Positions 1-13,678 of a DNA stretch of 64,000 nt are shown piece after piece. Positions within the stretch are counted from its first letter, which is position 1; every line of letters begins with the position of its first letter. The DNA is from Iphione sp. A-MEVVRFRX5 (Eukaryota): the NCBI GenBank assembly GCA_976226885.1, contig OZ320315.1:53754001-53818000 (forward strand), written 5' to 3'. The translations under genes and the position numbers were made by a program. Under the pieces are notes generated by a model. That model ran no database searches and was not told the DNA's origin. It saw nothing but the letters and a program-made list of their open reading frames with translations.

Positions 1-39
1 ACAGCCCGCTGCGCATGGCGCATTAGTCATGTTTGTCTC

Positions 40-214
40 ATGGCCGAGCGGCTGCCGAATGAAGTCGTCAAATCGCCGCCCGCTCGCGCGCGGCCATTGA
101 GTCCACTTGAATGCTCCTTTGCGCCGAGAGGGTTCGACTTCGAGAGAGACTTTTCGCGTGTCCTATCATCGCCGCTGGAAATGCCGGGCGGGGAATGTTA
201 CGAGCAACTCACTG
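40..214 (+). CDS. Candidate first coding exon (MAERLPNEVVKSPPARARPLSP...CYEQLT), possibly of the DTRL gene
   Basis: CpG-rich start with an NRF1-like tgcgcatggcgca at 10-22, ATG at 40, G/C-ending codons and a moderate donor G|gtaaaa at 215. No family recognised and no link to downstream exons proven. Confidence 0.3.
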
Positions 215-3200
215 GTAAAAGACGTGGGCTGTTCGATTAGTTGGTGGGTGGGTGTGCATGGGTGGAAGGATTGGTAGGAGATCGCAACAAACAGTAGCCG
301 TAATTACAAACCGCCATGGAAAGCATTGCATCGGAATGTGGTCAATTATGGTGAAGTGCAGCCTGCCAGGCGACCCGCTTCTCCATCGTACCTGGCCAAT
401 TACACAAAGTTTAGGGCTCCATGCCAGGGCACTCAGGACAAGATGTAATTATGTGCTGAGAGCAGCAACTTGAGCCGGCCTCTTACTTATTACGTTAAGC
501 ACAGTAAAGAGTGTAAAAAGCAAAACTTTCAACGCTGCTAGACTTTTTTCACCAAACATATCCATTTAAAACGACTCCACACGGCACTTTTCTACGCAGG
601 AACCTAAAGTCAATTAGCACTTGAAAAAAATATTCAAGTGCGGTAACAGTAGCATGTAGCTTACCTCTCGCAGTGTTATTCAGTTTAATTGAGTTCAGTA
701 AACTGGATACTTTCCCATCACGATAAGTGGACGGAGGATTCAAAAGTATAGGTTACGTTTCACAGAAATTGGTATAATTGATCTCCCTGTAGCTTATTTT
801 CCCAATTATAATCAACGATATGTCTATGTGTATATTTTCCTACGCGGTTCCTCTAAGTTTTTGGGAATGCACACAGAAATATAAAGATTTTAAATATTTT
901 GAAGGTCAGAGTGTGATGCATTGATATTTTCCTCAAGAACACATCCGCTGATTCAGACTTGATAGAATTTACTCAGTATAGAGCCTTCAATGCCCCCCAT
1001 CGAAACACATTGAACATCAGTACACAAATAAAGGACAGATGTCGACTTTTTTTCATAGAAGAGTTGTCGCAATTGGGCGTTTGAAAATGCGAGCCGTAAG
1101 CACGCCATAAGGATTGGCCTGACTGGCACGCTGTCTGTCACTTTCTTCTTGAATAGACGTTTTTATGGTCTCCGCCATGCAGTGTTTTCTGTCGAACTAA
1201 GGTGCTTCAAATAAATCTTTTACATGCACCTGAAGTGTTGTCGCTGCTGTCTGGTTTTTGGCAGTGTTAACGAAGAGAATATATATACAATATGCATGTG
1301 GTGACTTCATTACATGAGCTTCTGCGTAGATGGCGATGTCTTAATTCTGAGAAAATGAAGTTCTCTCCCCACCCCCACCCCCTTGACTGTTGTGCCTGTC
1401 CTCCGTCTAATGACTGCGCGTCGTGACCAGTCTTATAAATAATGGTCGTCATTGAGACTTGCTTGAAACCAAATTGAACATCCTCCAGGAATCCCCAGTG
1501 GCCTGGTGGAGCGTGGCCGTGACTGGTGCGGCCGAGTACCGAGGCCTTTGAACACTGCGCGGGAAAGAGGCCCGTTCCCTGGTCCTGGGTCGTGACCTTT
1601 ATGTAGAGAAGATCCCTGTTAAACGGGATAAACGGCCCGGCAATCCGCTTACTCACTTACACGGGCGCTTTTAGATTAATCATCAGCCGCGGTGCGCGAG
1701 AGAAGAACCGACGCCGATGTAAATTAATGAAATCACGTTTAAGGGGAGCGTGATGTGATTCGCTTCCCCCCCGGGGACAGAGTATACATGCGCCTCCCCG
1801 GTGAAAAAAAAACAGAACACGGACGAGAGGATTAAAAAAAAAAGTCGATGTGATTTAATGGTTTTGATCATTGTTGTAAGGCTCTCACGTAAACTATAAT
1901 GAAATTCTTGTCACATTATCTGAGAACAGAATTGGTATTCTTCGTTTGGACTTAAGCCAACGAACAACACACTATAAGTGTTCTTAGCCAAGAAGTTCAT
2001 TCCCAGGAGTTGTGGCTGTAGATGTTATGGCCAGGAATTGTTTCATCCAGGCGGAAAGGTTAGTGGTTGACTTTCCGCTCAGTAACACTCATGCATCTGG
2101 TCCTTCTCTTAAAGGCACACCTTGCTTTGTTACCGTGAAACCTAACTTTCCACGTTCTACAAAAGGTCGCATAAGTGCACTCGTCTTACCTTTACATGTG
2201 TACCTTTCAAACACCTGCAGCTTTCTACAGCTATGAGAGGCCAGCTCCATTGTTTAAAAAAGTGCGCTGAACAAGGGGAGCTATCGCCAGTTGAGTGGCG
2301 CTTTTCATGTTGTATACCACGTATACTGTGTCAGAAGTATTTTTGTCTGAGATTAGTAATAGAAGTAATCTTAGTCATAAAAGGGCTACTCATGTTTGGT
2401 GTTTTTTGTGAAGGAGAAGCGGGTTATGAAGCACTAAGGCCGCCTTTGATCCAGTAAAAGGGTCCTCGGACCCGGTCCTTTCTTTCTAAGGCAAGTCGGT
2501 AGTGGTGAACAAGATTGCCACACCTGAGTGTGGATGGGATGGGCGTGTCCAGTAGTTGAGCCCCTCGTCATCTGCTCTTTTACAAGGCGAGTAGCTCAAT
2601 GGGCGTGTCAACTAAAGCTTGAAGGCTGATCTCGCAAATCGCCTGGTTTTCTCCCGGTGCGTGGACTCAAATAACGCCACATAAAAGGATGTACGCTCAG
2701 GCGCACTGTAACCTTCTGCTCTACACAGGTTCAGTACATTCACGCCAGGGAATCAACCGTACGTGCTGCTATCATGATAGAGACACTCACACTGTATTCG
2801 TAACTTACTGTACTTGCGTGTCCGCCTTCAACTTAACATGCCAGTCCAGTTTAGCATTTTCATATCAACTTCAAATACCTTATACGATCAGTGAAGCTGA
2901 ACATTTCTGGACCAATTAAGGATATATTAAGGATGTATTTAAGCTCAGCTTAAGGCAGATTCAATGCGACACAGTAGTTTGATACAGAGAAGCCATCGCC
3001 CCACTATTGACATGACCCATAGAACTACCTCTCGTAAGGGGACACGAGGGCTTTCGCCGCCTGTTCATCTAGAGGCTTAGCGCCCCATCCAGGCCGCACT
3101 GAATGACCCCCTTGGGCGGCAAGCCTGGCCCTGAGGTATCTCCCGTCCACTTAGATCCCTCACCATGGCATACAGATCTGTCAGCACGGTCACTTCTATT

Positions 3201-4894
3201 GGCCTGGAAGGCTGAAAGACGTGGCAACCAGGTTGAAAGAGATGACTTAGGCGAGCTCACGCTATGTTTAGCTTCTCGTCACAGTCATCCTTGCTGTATG
3301 GTTTAATGTCGTCATGTTCTGTACGAAATTTTGTTATTCACACGTGAGGTCTAACTATATTCCTTTTGACAAGGATCCATTTAGTTTCCCCTTATCATGT
3401 TTGTATGTAAAAATATCAGTATGATCACGTACGACTGCTACATCTCAATCATAAAATGAACAGTCACATAAAATTCGGGTTCTGATATACATGTACTAAA
3501 CGTGTAAGATACGTATACCAATAATAGCTTATTTCCAGACCTTATAAGGTTGATCATCCTCGTGCAAGATACATTTGCGAGTAAGAGAAGTCATTAGAGT
3601 CGCCTTTTTTCAAGCAGGAACCATGTGGTGATAGCCAAATGGGCGTATTACACGTGGTTAGCGCATGACTAAGATCAACATCCTAATCATCTGCTCCCCT
3701 GCCCCCAGAGTGACCCTCTTTGCACCAGAGCATGGGGTTGTGTAGGACGTAAGAGTCTCTCCTCCCAGTCAGCAACATTTGGGAGGGTCACATTCAAGTG
3801 CATCTAAAGATAATACGTGTAATATTTTTACATCAAAACAATTCCACATTGTAATGATGTGATAATAGATGGCTAAGTTGTATTAGATTACGGCTAATGT
3901 CTGTGCATCATAGATGGCGGAACTACTTGACCTGTATAGTCTAGGATCCTATGTTACTAGTATTAGCTCCCAATGCAACAAAATCCAGACAAAGAGAAAT
4001 TTGTCAATATATCCTGTGTTTTGTACTTAGCCTCTTTAAATGCATCCTGTTGCGGGAGTCTCCGTGCAAGGGAAACTGCATATATACTGCAGAGCTCAAC
4101 ATCTCTTTGTTTCGGGATGACAAGTGCACAAAGTTTGGAAAGATGGCCAAGCATTTGGAAAGTAAGACAGTCAGACATACTTATTCTTAATGTTCCCGAG
4201 ACAAAGGAGAAGGAACAAAACTCATACAGAATTATTCAGACGCGAGGACTGATAAGGCGGGCGAAAGCAAAGGAAGGGCGCATATGGTGGTGGATCCTAA
4301 ATGAATAGTGTCCGCAGAGGTGGACAACGCGAGAAGGAGGCTGATTTCCGTCCATTAGACATTTGGAGATCGATGACGTCTGTCTGGACCACACATCAAC
4401 CTCTGCATTATTGATACGGGTCAGCTTTCAGATGGCAGGGCCATATCCTCTGTCACCTGTTGTCGCAAAGCCGGCGGTGGAAGAAGTAAGACTTGAAGTG
4501 TCATCGGGTAACTGGCCGTGCCGAATCAGCAGTAGCGGCAAGGACTGCGCTGCCAAGTGGAAGGACTGTCGCCTTTGTCTGTGCGAGACACTTAACGAAC
4601 AACCGATTACCTTCCGATTTAAGCAGCCAGAAGAAAACTAGGCAGTAGGTTTTACTCTGCAGCAAATGGCGTGAGAAAAGCACCATATTTATTTACAAAT
4701 TACAGCCGTACGTTCGGTCGTTTAATTTGTTTACAAGAGTCTTGGATGAAAGACCGAAAACGGTCAGAAAATCGACAGGAAATTAGCAAAAACGTAGGAT
4801 TAAGGGTGCAATAAATCCGGCCGTGTGTAATTAAGTGGGTTTTTTGTACCAGGGATGCTGGATCTCCTTTGTCCCTCGGTCTGGCGTCCCATTA

Positions 4895-5070
4895 CAAATG
4901 ATGGGCCCACCAAAAGGCGCTGATCTGAGCCCAAACGAAACCAATTTCTTGACGCAATCTACAACCGTGTGTAGATGTTGGAGAAGGAGAATCGGGGCAC
5001 AAACGGAAAAGGCCACACAGGGCAAACTAAACTAATCTTTAAAGGTAATTATTTTGTGGGAAAGGATCGA
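4895..5070 (+). pseudogene. Possible decayed Tc1/mariner transposase C-terminal fragment
   Basis: PPKGADLSPNE resembles WPPxSPDLxPIE, followed by WRRRI...W spacing. One internal stop. Motif-level resemblance only. Confidence 0.25.
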
Positions 5071-7079
5071 TAAAGTTGAAGCTGTTGTAGATTTGCGAAG
5101 TAGGCCTACATGTATAACAAAAAGCGCATCTAAATGCGTGTGTTCGCCATTCAGATGTATATGTATTGCACGTGCCCGTATCTGTTGATACGCAAATAGA
5201 GGTACCTATAAAAATATCGGAAGAAATATGAATTAGTTCTTAGTTAGCGTTAGACGGGACATTCTTTGGTTGCATAACACCGCGATAATACCCAATTATT
5301 AATCATTTCGAACTGCATGTAATGCAACCGCCACGCAATGCTATGTTATTAATGCCTTTCCGTCGCTTGCTCTCGGGCCGTCCTCCCCTACCATGCCTCC
5401 CTCCCGTGGTCTGGTATATCTACAGGTATATAGATGTACTTTAGAAATAATAAAGCAAATCAAGGCAGACGACATTCCATTCGATTATCCAAGGGAGACA
5501 GGGCCTGATTCTACTCTCGGCGCACGATCGCAAAAAAAGTATCTTAAATATCGTAAGTTGTGTCTCGCTCTAAAACTGCAACTAAGCTATAAGATTACAA
5601 AGCTGCCCGAGTGAAGACTAGCCTAGCCCTCTGGAGATGTGCCGTCCAAAGGGGTAAATGTCAGCGATCACACTCTACCTACAGCATCCTTTGTTTGACA
5701 TTTTCACTTAGACGCAGAGCGCCAAGTCCCGACCGGCGTCTCCCTGCTTTTTCATTGAATTAGTTCCAAGGAGAGGTAGAATAAAAGATCGAGCTCACCA
5801 GATGGGATGCTGTGTGGGAGAGAAAGAGTGTGTGAAAAACTGGCGATTTCCATCCAGAGGTAGCGAGTGGGTGGCTTTTATGATTAGCCAGCTGCACTGT
5901 TGTTGTCTCTAAAGTGAGCTGTTCCTCCACAATCTCCTACTAACTCATGTTGTCACAAGAGCAAACACGAAATGTCTCTGTTAATTGCCTACCTATGTAT
6001 AACTCATTGCTATACTAACCACGAACCATTTGGCTGTAGCCTTAATACAATTAGTACGTAGTGTGTTTCTTGCATTCTAATGGTACATTATCAGTGATGC
6101 CGCAAGTGCACTGTTTTCGGATCCAGCTCTCAAAAAAGTTCCATACTGCAAGAGGAACGATGTCCTTTTACAGTAGATATGTACATGTATATTGCACAGA
6201 GCTGCATCATACGTCGAAGAGATTTACACCGGATAACACTACACCATGACTACTTTTGTAGCGGCAAACATTGTTACTAATTAAACACTCATGAATTATC
6301 TGGTCACGACAGTGGTTTATCAAGCCGCTTGAATTGTTTTCTCCTATATCAGCGGTCATTAGAACGACTCTCATTACTGTCGAACGGCAAGTGGCAATTA
6401 TGGCGATGTGAATGGCGACAAGGAAAGCTTATCCTAGATAAGACTGTTTATCTCCTGATTTATGAAGACTAATATGAAGAATTCAGCAACGCAGCATACC
6501 ATCACGGTAAGCATGAGAATGAATATGGATACCAATTACATCATGAAGGGAGAGAGAAAATGATTTTATGTTCAATAAGGCTTTGACAACAGCCAGTAGT
6601 AAACGGGAAAGAAGTGTCTTCATGTGTCTAGTATCTGCTTTACAACTTGAAGTGCATTTGATCCGAACTTACAACATTCCACTTGATTAAACTATGTGCA
6701 AACCTAATATCGAATATTGAGATTTTGTTTAATAACAAATGCGTTTGACCTCCAGGGCTTTGTGCGTATCTGTAGTATTATTGCACTTAACAGTAAATGA
6801 CGTCGGTTTATTGCAAAGTACATGTACATTGTAAGTACAGAGCGAAATTGTTCGATCTGTGTGAAGCCCCTATAAAAGCTGGCTGGAGCAGATAGACCAC
6901 ACGCGGTTCAGAAGAGCTCTTAAGCGCCTTGTTCTCCTTAGTCTTTCTCTGCCCAAGGACACGGCCGTCTGCAGCCTTGGCGACCGAAGTGATTAAGCGT
7001 CCTTTCACCGCGTTTTCACCGCGTCGTCCCATGATCTACACGGGCGTCATGGCCGCTCAGAACAGCGCTGAGTGACGAG

Positions 7080-7150
7080 CGGAAGCGCCGGTAGCCATTC
7101 GGCAGATGGCTGCGAAGTCTACCGGAAGTAAATCCTGGTAACTTCCGTTG
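7080..7150. promoter_or_regulatory. ETS/YY1-type promoter-like motif cluster
   Basis: ACCGGAAGT (7121-7129), inverted ACTTCCG (7141-7147), AGATGGCTGC (7104-7113) and CGGAAG (7080) within a CpG-rich patch. Confidence 0.35.
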
Positions 7151-7947
7151 CGCCAGACCCCTTGGCCGCACTTGACCTCAAGGTTATTGACCATAGGGCT
7201 TGGTGGTTAGGGATAAAGTCTGCTGGGCTAGGTCGGCAAACTAAGGAGGAGGGCGAGAAGTAGGAGGAATGGGGGAGGGAGGTGGAGGAGGAGACTAGCG
7301 ATGGAAACTGCTGGCGGTTGCACACAGCTAAGGCAGTGTTGGATGTGCGGAATCGCGCGCAGGTCAACACGGCCCGCGTGCGGCTTTGGATCATGTTGCC
7401 AATTACCCAAGTCCGCAGTTACAACATCGCCAGAAATGGATCACTTCCTCGCGACTGCCGCCAAAAAAGGGATTCACCCTAACAAGCAGCTTGATTTATA
7501 GACAGGTGCAAGCTGACTCCTGCTTGGAATGACGTCCGCCGCTCCTTTAATGAGCTGCTGAATAGTATACATCGCCCAAAGGAACGCCTTACAGAGCTCT
7601 CATTTTGAAACAGACATTAAAGACTTCGTATTATAAGCAACGCATACTGTAATTTAGGCTTGTTATACAGACCGTAGCAAACGCCTTTGTTTCCTTACAT
7701 ATAGAAGCTTTTACAAATTGTAAGTACCGGTACTTTCATCTGTGTGAATATGGTTCTTTAATTTCAATATTATTATTATGGACTCCGTAGACTTCATACT
7801 TCAGTCGTAAGAGACTCATCGTTATGCTTTTACTTTTCCTTGTGGTTGTATAGGAAAAAGGGAAGTGGTCTGAACCCTCCTTTTTTCATATTTGTGTCGA
7901 TCTGTATTATCATTTTCGCTGTCTATAGCGTGTAAAGCTATCCTCCG

Positions 7948-8158
7948 NNNNNNNNNNNNNNNNNNNNNNNNNNNNNNNNNNNNNNNNNNNNNNNNNNNNN
8001 NNNNNNNNNNNNNNNNNNNNNNNNNNNNNNNNNNNNNNNNNNNNNNNNNNNNNNNNNNNNNNNNNNNNNNNNNNNNNNNNNNNNNNNNNNNNNNNNNNNN
8101 NNNNNNNNNNNNNNNNNNNNNNNNNNNNNNNNNNNNNNNNNNNNNNNNNNNNNNNNNN
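7948..8158. other. Assembly gap (211 N)
   Basis: Run of N. Confidence 1.
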
Positions 8159-9330
8159 CGATACATTCCAAAGTATATTTATCCGTACACCTAGTTGTTA
8201 TCACGCGAACCACACCAGCCATAGAGATCTGAATCATTCTCCATTCTGCCGGCTCAGACTGGACATGGCCATGTCGCCTGTTCGTCATTCTAATGACCGC
8301 CTGCGGAATGAGCAAGGGTCCCCAATCACGGGCTGTCACTTCCAATCTTGGCCTTGACCTAGTCGAGTGACTTCAAAGCCATAGTGACGGCCATCGATAC
8401 CTTTCCCCTCACACTTCAGAGCTGCTGTCGTGTAGGCGGCTCTCAAGGCCTGGCCCTAGCCTCATCTTACACACACCTGGCGCTCTTTTCGGGATATCTG
8501 CCGTACTTCTTATTAGACAACATCACACGGATGGCATTCGAGCAGTTAATGCGCAGTTGCTTTCACACGTGATACGAGGACGGTACCCAGAGTGTAGATG
8601 TCAATCCCTGCCGTTCCTGTAGGACCCTTTACTTATACTACTAGCATGGATCCCACGGTGTGGGATTTCAGAGGTCATCGTCCGTTAGACATTTTTTGTG
8701 ACGTATATTTCTGGGTATCTATTAGAAAGAAAAAGATTAGGGGAGCTTATTCGAGGAGCCGCTGCAAGTGCCAATCTCCCAGTCGGACATTTGGACACAC
8801 GAGGCTGTATATGTGTATATGTAGCATTTTCAAATAAGGAAGGCTTCCTTGTTCCGGACAAAAAAGTGCCATGTTATCAGTCATGTCATGATTGATTGCT
8901 ACTATTAAGAAGTTTAATAAAAAAACATTGCTGTAGGGCGTAGTTACAATCAGCTGTTTTAATCTCCCTGGCAGTCTCACTCCGTATCACTGTCTAAAGC
9001 CCCGATAGCCGCGGTCCCTCGAGGTTACTGATTTCCCTCCAGGATGTCCATCAAGTTTTTGGTCATCTACAGCCCCCAGTCCCTACACAGTCGCCCCTGC
9101 GGCTACACACTGTCAGTCTGCTCTTGGCTGCCGGCGACCGGATTGGGGGGAATCGACGTGGGTCATTCATTCTAATTAGCTCCAATCGGGCTTAGCTGGG
9201 ACCGGGCTGTTTAGTATTCCAGCCATAGGTGGTAATTCTGACGGTCAAGCTGTCGGGCATTCTATAACAGGAGGCCGGTCGACCCTTGCAAGACCTGTCA
9301 ATGAAAGTCGACATTATCTCAGCAAAGAAT

Positions 9331-9620
9331 TCAGTGGAGGTGGACCGTGCGAATTAAGCCTCGTTTATCTGGTAGTACAGGTCCCAGGCACTGTATACAC
9401 GGCCCAGCAATCTTACTTGCGGTTACCTCTTCGGTCATTCTTATATGTGTGTTTCCTTCTTTTTTGGTCAAGGTCAGAGCGTTTAATGATTGGGGCACAC
9501 AGTAAACAGGAAATATATCCCTAGTCAGTAGCTGCTCACCGCTGTCGTCCTGACCGACCAAATAGTCCCACAGCGGCACATGCGGCCCCAGCGGCGTGAT
9601 AAGGGAAGCCTTTTTTGATG
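9331..9620 (-). pseudogene. Decayed, internally deleted BEL/Pao LTR-retrotransposon integrase C-terminus
   Basis: Three motifs in correct order: ITPLGPHVPLWDYLV (cf. PxxPHxGGxWExxV), GEQLLTRD...LNALTLT (cf. LTxEE...LNSRPLT), LGPVLPDKRGLIRTVHL (cf. LGRVxxVxPxxDGxVRxV). Confidence 0.4.
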
Positions 9621-10679
9621 ACTCTTCAAAGAATGTCAGCTGGCAAGAAATTCTTCAGCTATTTTCTTGGAACAAACGACACCCCACGGGCAATACCTCC
9701 ACAGATAGCTCCTCAACCGACGGGTCCTAAAAGGGATTTATAGAATACCAGTATATTAAATATTACATGTTGTTGTGTGTCCCTACCGCGAGTCACAGCC
9801 AACGATCCAATTATTCTCATTGATTGCCTGACGGATGTAAAGTTAATCAGGGAGTTAATCCCTAACTCCCTAATCCATCTTAGAGCGGGCCAGGAGGCTG
9901 ACCTCGCCTATTAGTCGTGCTGCCTAGAAGGCTTCATCCATCACCGCTGTCAAAGACCTGGCCCATCAAAGAGGCCGCTCACCTCTGGCCCCTGATGATG
10001 TGTAACTTGCAGGGGGCAACGCAATGATGCATTATACTCCACCTCCTTTCGTAAAGGCCTTTGAGGCCGGTGATAAATGGACACGAAAACGCTTTATTCT
10101 AAAACTGTTGCGAGGCTTGAATCGTTTTACTTTTGTGTGGCCTCCTTGAGTAGCTCCGACCTGTCTGTGCTGCTCGCTTTTGCCTTTGACAGTACAGACA
10201 TGCTTAAGTGAGCAGTGCCATATACAAGAGCATGCGGAACGTTTTATCAATTCGATATGACAGACGCGTTTTAGGATGTGTAGTTGTTTTATGTCTTAGC
10301 CGTTCCACGCGCATAACATTAATGATCAGTCTTGTAACGTTTCAGTCTCGATTATTGTCTTTTAAAAAAACGCGCGCAGGTTCGTACTGTTATTTACAGA
10401 AAACTCTTCCTAACATTATTGATTAATTTTATTTATTGCGTAGCAAACCTGCTGTCCCTGATGTATAAAGGGATCTGCTGAGTCAGGTCTTTTTATCCGT
10501 GTGGTGTTTTTTTTTAAACAATAAGGTAGTTGTATGTTGGTTTCTCCAAAGAGGAATTGTCACCTGATCACGGGTGGCGGGCCTACCCGGTTGTAGCGTG
10601 TCACTTTATGCCCCCAGCGCTTGGGCATCAAATGATCTGATGACACGAGAATTGCCTTGGCTATCCTGGTGCTACCTCT

Positions 10680-10790
10680 GCAGGCAGTGGGAACATTACC
10701 AAGCCATTTTGCTGTCCAAACCTTCAACGGTGTGACAGACAGAATTATTAAGGACTGTAAGGGAATATTCGGCGATGATTTATATGTTAG
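10680..10790 (+). pseudogene. Possible decayed LINE RT fragment
   Basis: QAVGTLPSHF...FNGVTD...IFGDDLYV has the spacing of QGSxLGPxLF...INDL...FADD. Confidence 0.22.
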
Positions 10791-13678
10791 CGCATATAGC
10801 ATCTCTAAGAGGTGGATAGTAATCCTTCTTTCCGAATGAAAGGGACGCGTTCTCCCCTAATACTGTTCCCCGTAGTTCCTATTATGATCAGTTCTTAAGA
10901 ATCGTTTTTATGTGTCCTCATTCATTTTTATCTAAAGCACAGCCGGGACCTGGATCTGCAGTCAGGGTGACCGAAATCCCCGTACCACTAAGGGCAGCTT
11001 CCACCAAGCCTGTCATTTCTCAAGTACAGCCATCCTTTGGGAGGACACCTCTGCAAAGCAGGGCTAATTCCAAGTGTCTCCGGTAGTCATGTAGTCTTCG
11101 TAAAAGGGTGGACTAAAGTTTCTCAAAGGAGAGACGACAGTAAAGCATATTGTGTTCTAAGTTTTCCAACCATCTTTTACTTCCTACGGCGCGCCGAGTT
11201 CCGTCCGCATGCAATTGCTCCATAACAAGAGGGCTGGCGCCTGGAGGGGCCATATGATGATCTATTCTAGTCAAAGTGCCACAGCGGAGGCCTTTAAAGA
11301 TTCATGGCGGGCCGCCGGCGCCCTGGGAGCGTACAGTGGTCGTGGATAGATCTAGCGCTTTAATAAACCACGCATCACGTCGCTTGTTTAGACAAATTGC
11401 TGCCCCCTGTAATCGACGCCTGCGTCCTCTTTGGAGTGTTAGTCGCCGCGAGGTGAGGCCACATGCTCGATGGTGCCTCCCCGCCAACCTTACCCACCCA
11501 CCCCCCTCCCATCCATAGAGAGCTCGGCTACTTTGCCATCCAGTACCCTGTGGTTAGTACGCGCATGATTGACAAAAATGGTCTTCTTTTGTTCGTATCA
11601 GTCGCTGAAGCGATAAAACAATATGGATGCTCTGCCTTTAAAGACAAGACATTGTCCATTTTCTTCAGCCGCCTGCTGGAAAATCGACGCGTTGTTGTTG
11701 TAGGCTTCCAGCTGGGCGCGCCGGATGATGCCGTCTCACGCAACGGCCGAACGTTGTGCATGCCGGCCATTTTCCCCTTGGGTAGCTTCCTCTAGCTAAG
11801 CACGAGAAGTTGCTACTAATTTGTGGCGGGTCATAATGGCGTCTTAGCAAACAGATTTCAGAGGGGCTGCATCATTCATGTACACTGCGGGAGTGGTGGT
11901 GGTGGTGGTGGTGGTAGCAGCGGCGGCGGAAGTGGAAACATTTACGCTGGCTACTAGAGAGCGCTCCCACCGACTATATGTTCGAACAGTGCCCATGGAG
12001 GACGTCCAGGCGGCCAGTCTGCCAGTGCGCTCGGGTGATCTGTACGCTTTGGAGGCCGGCAGTGGACTGTTGTGTTTTATTTTCTGTTGCACACTACGAA
12101 CCGCAACTTGCCGGCTGTGCACACATTGTGGCAGAGACAAAACCACGGCCCGCCCGCCACGACAGCGGCCGGTCTTGATGGATCCGCGCCTATTGAGTTG
12201 TTTATTGGTGCCCAGGATGCGTGTCGTTGGACGCTGGCTGCCGGATGCCGGCCGCAAGTCGCTAGGAGGCTGTAAACAATGTTGCGTATGCACCTGGCCC
12301 TGTCACCGGCGCAATGCCTCAAGTAAAGGAATCCATTCAAACGCATCATTGTAGGCCGCGCTGGCCGTCATTTAAACAAGGCAAATAACACCGCTGGGAA
12401 AGGTCCTTTCCATAGTAGGGAATGGAAGCATACAAAGATCCAACTACACTCCCTCGACCGTGACATTTGATTGATGTGCCCTCTCTCACTGTAAAGAAAT
12501 AATTTAACACCCCATAGAACTATGTTTAATACATATATAATTCTTTTTATGTAACACAGTAGAAGCACGGTTTACTTATACATTTTTGCTACAGAATCCT
12601 GTTAGCCTCAGAGAAAGGCAATGTTATTCATCAGTCTTCCTAACAGACGTAGAACGTTTTGTCTTTTATAGTAGTAAGCTGGATAATTACATGCTGAAAT
12701 ACATCGAACTCGAGATGAGTTTCTTATATTGACTAATATCAAGTGTAGTTTCCCGGGTACATTACTCGAAGCCTCGAGTCACTGTCACTGTCACTCCAAG
12801 TCCTGACGTACATTGATGCGAAAGTGTAAAGACCTCGCTCAATAGAGGACAAAAAACATGTCCAGGACAAGTGCTTATACTATAACCCCAGATACCCACT
12901 ATCATATCGCTAACAACATCAGCTGGTGTCCAGCTGACAAAGCTTTTGGGCCGTGGCTTCACGGAGGAAGCCAGTTTGGATAAGTAGATTACCTACCAGA
13001 GCTTCCAGTGGAGAACACATGCTATCACACTGCAACTGTCGTATGCTCTTCACTAGGTTTCTGTTTTCTGTGGGTGGTGTTTTTATGAATGGAGATGTAT
13101 ATCTCCAAGAATGTGAACCCCGTGCTACTCACAGTTTTCTCTAAGGTCTAATATATTTGATGTCATTACTATAGAATCCTTTAATCGTTCAAGAGTTGGT
13201 TATAGTGTAGTTACACGGCTACGGTAATGAGATTTTCCCTTCCGTATATAAAAGGTCCATGTCACATCTTGTTATCTGCCCGTTACTGTTAAGTCGGTTC
13301 CAGTACAGTCTTTAGTTATTCCACAGCTTTGTGACGCATTGCAATTGCTGTGAAATTTAAGTAGTAAAGTATAGAATATATACGTAAACAACTCCTTCAG
13401 GAAATGAAATCATTCAGAAAAGGATGTAATTACTATATTCTGTTTAGGCTTATATTTTCTATCAAGGTATTCAATAAGAAATCTAGTGATTCAATGAAAG
13501 TAACAATGAAACGTGGTGCTTTTTATTAAAGAACAAATGTGGCAGACTGTACGAAAATAATCGTCAACTTGACTTTAACTATCTAAAATACCTCACTAAT
13601 TGTATACGTCTACACGTCAGAACACTTTAGTATGAAATCCATCAAGCGATAATAAGTGTTACTCTTAATATGGCCTTA

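Noticed and set aside
3620-3800. Possible SINE (GTGGTTAGCGC A-box-like, TGTGTAGGACGTAA)
   Set aside because: No B box or defined ends; too decayed to call.
7822-8345. ORFs of 100-135 aa
   Set aside because: They span the N gap; length is an artefact.
11230-12360. GC-rich patch with many overlapping ORFs on both strands
   Set aside because: No consistent codon bias, splice sites or family motif; stop-poor GC-rich sequence with a (GTG)n tract explains the ORFs.
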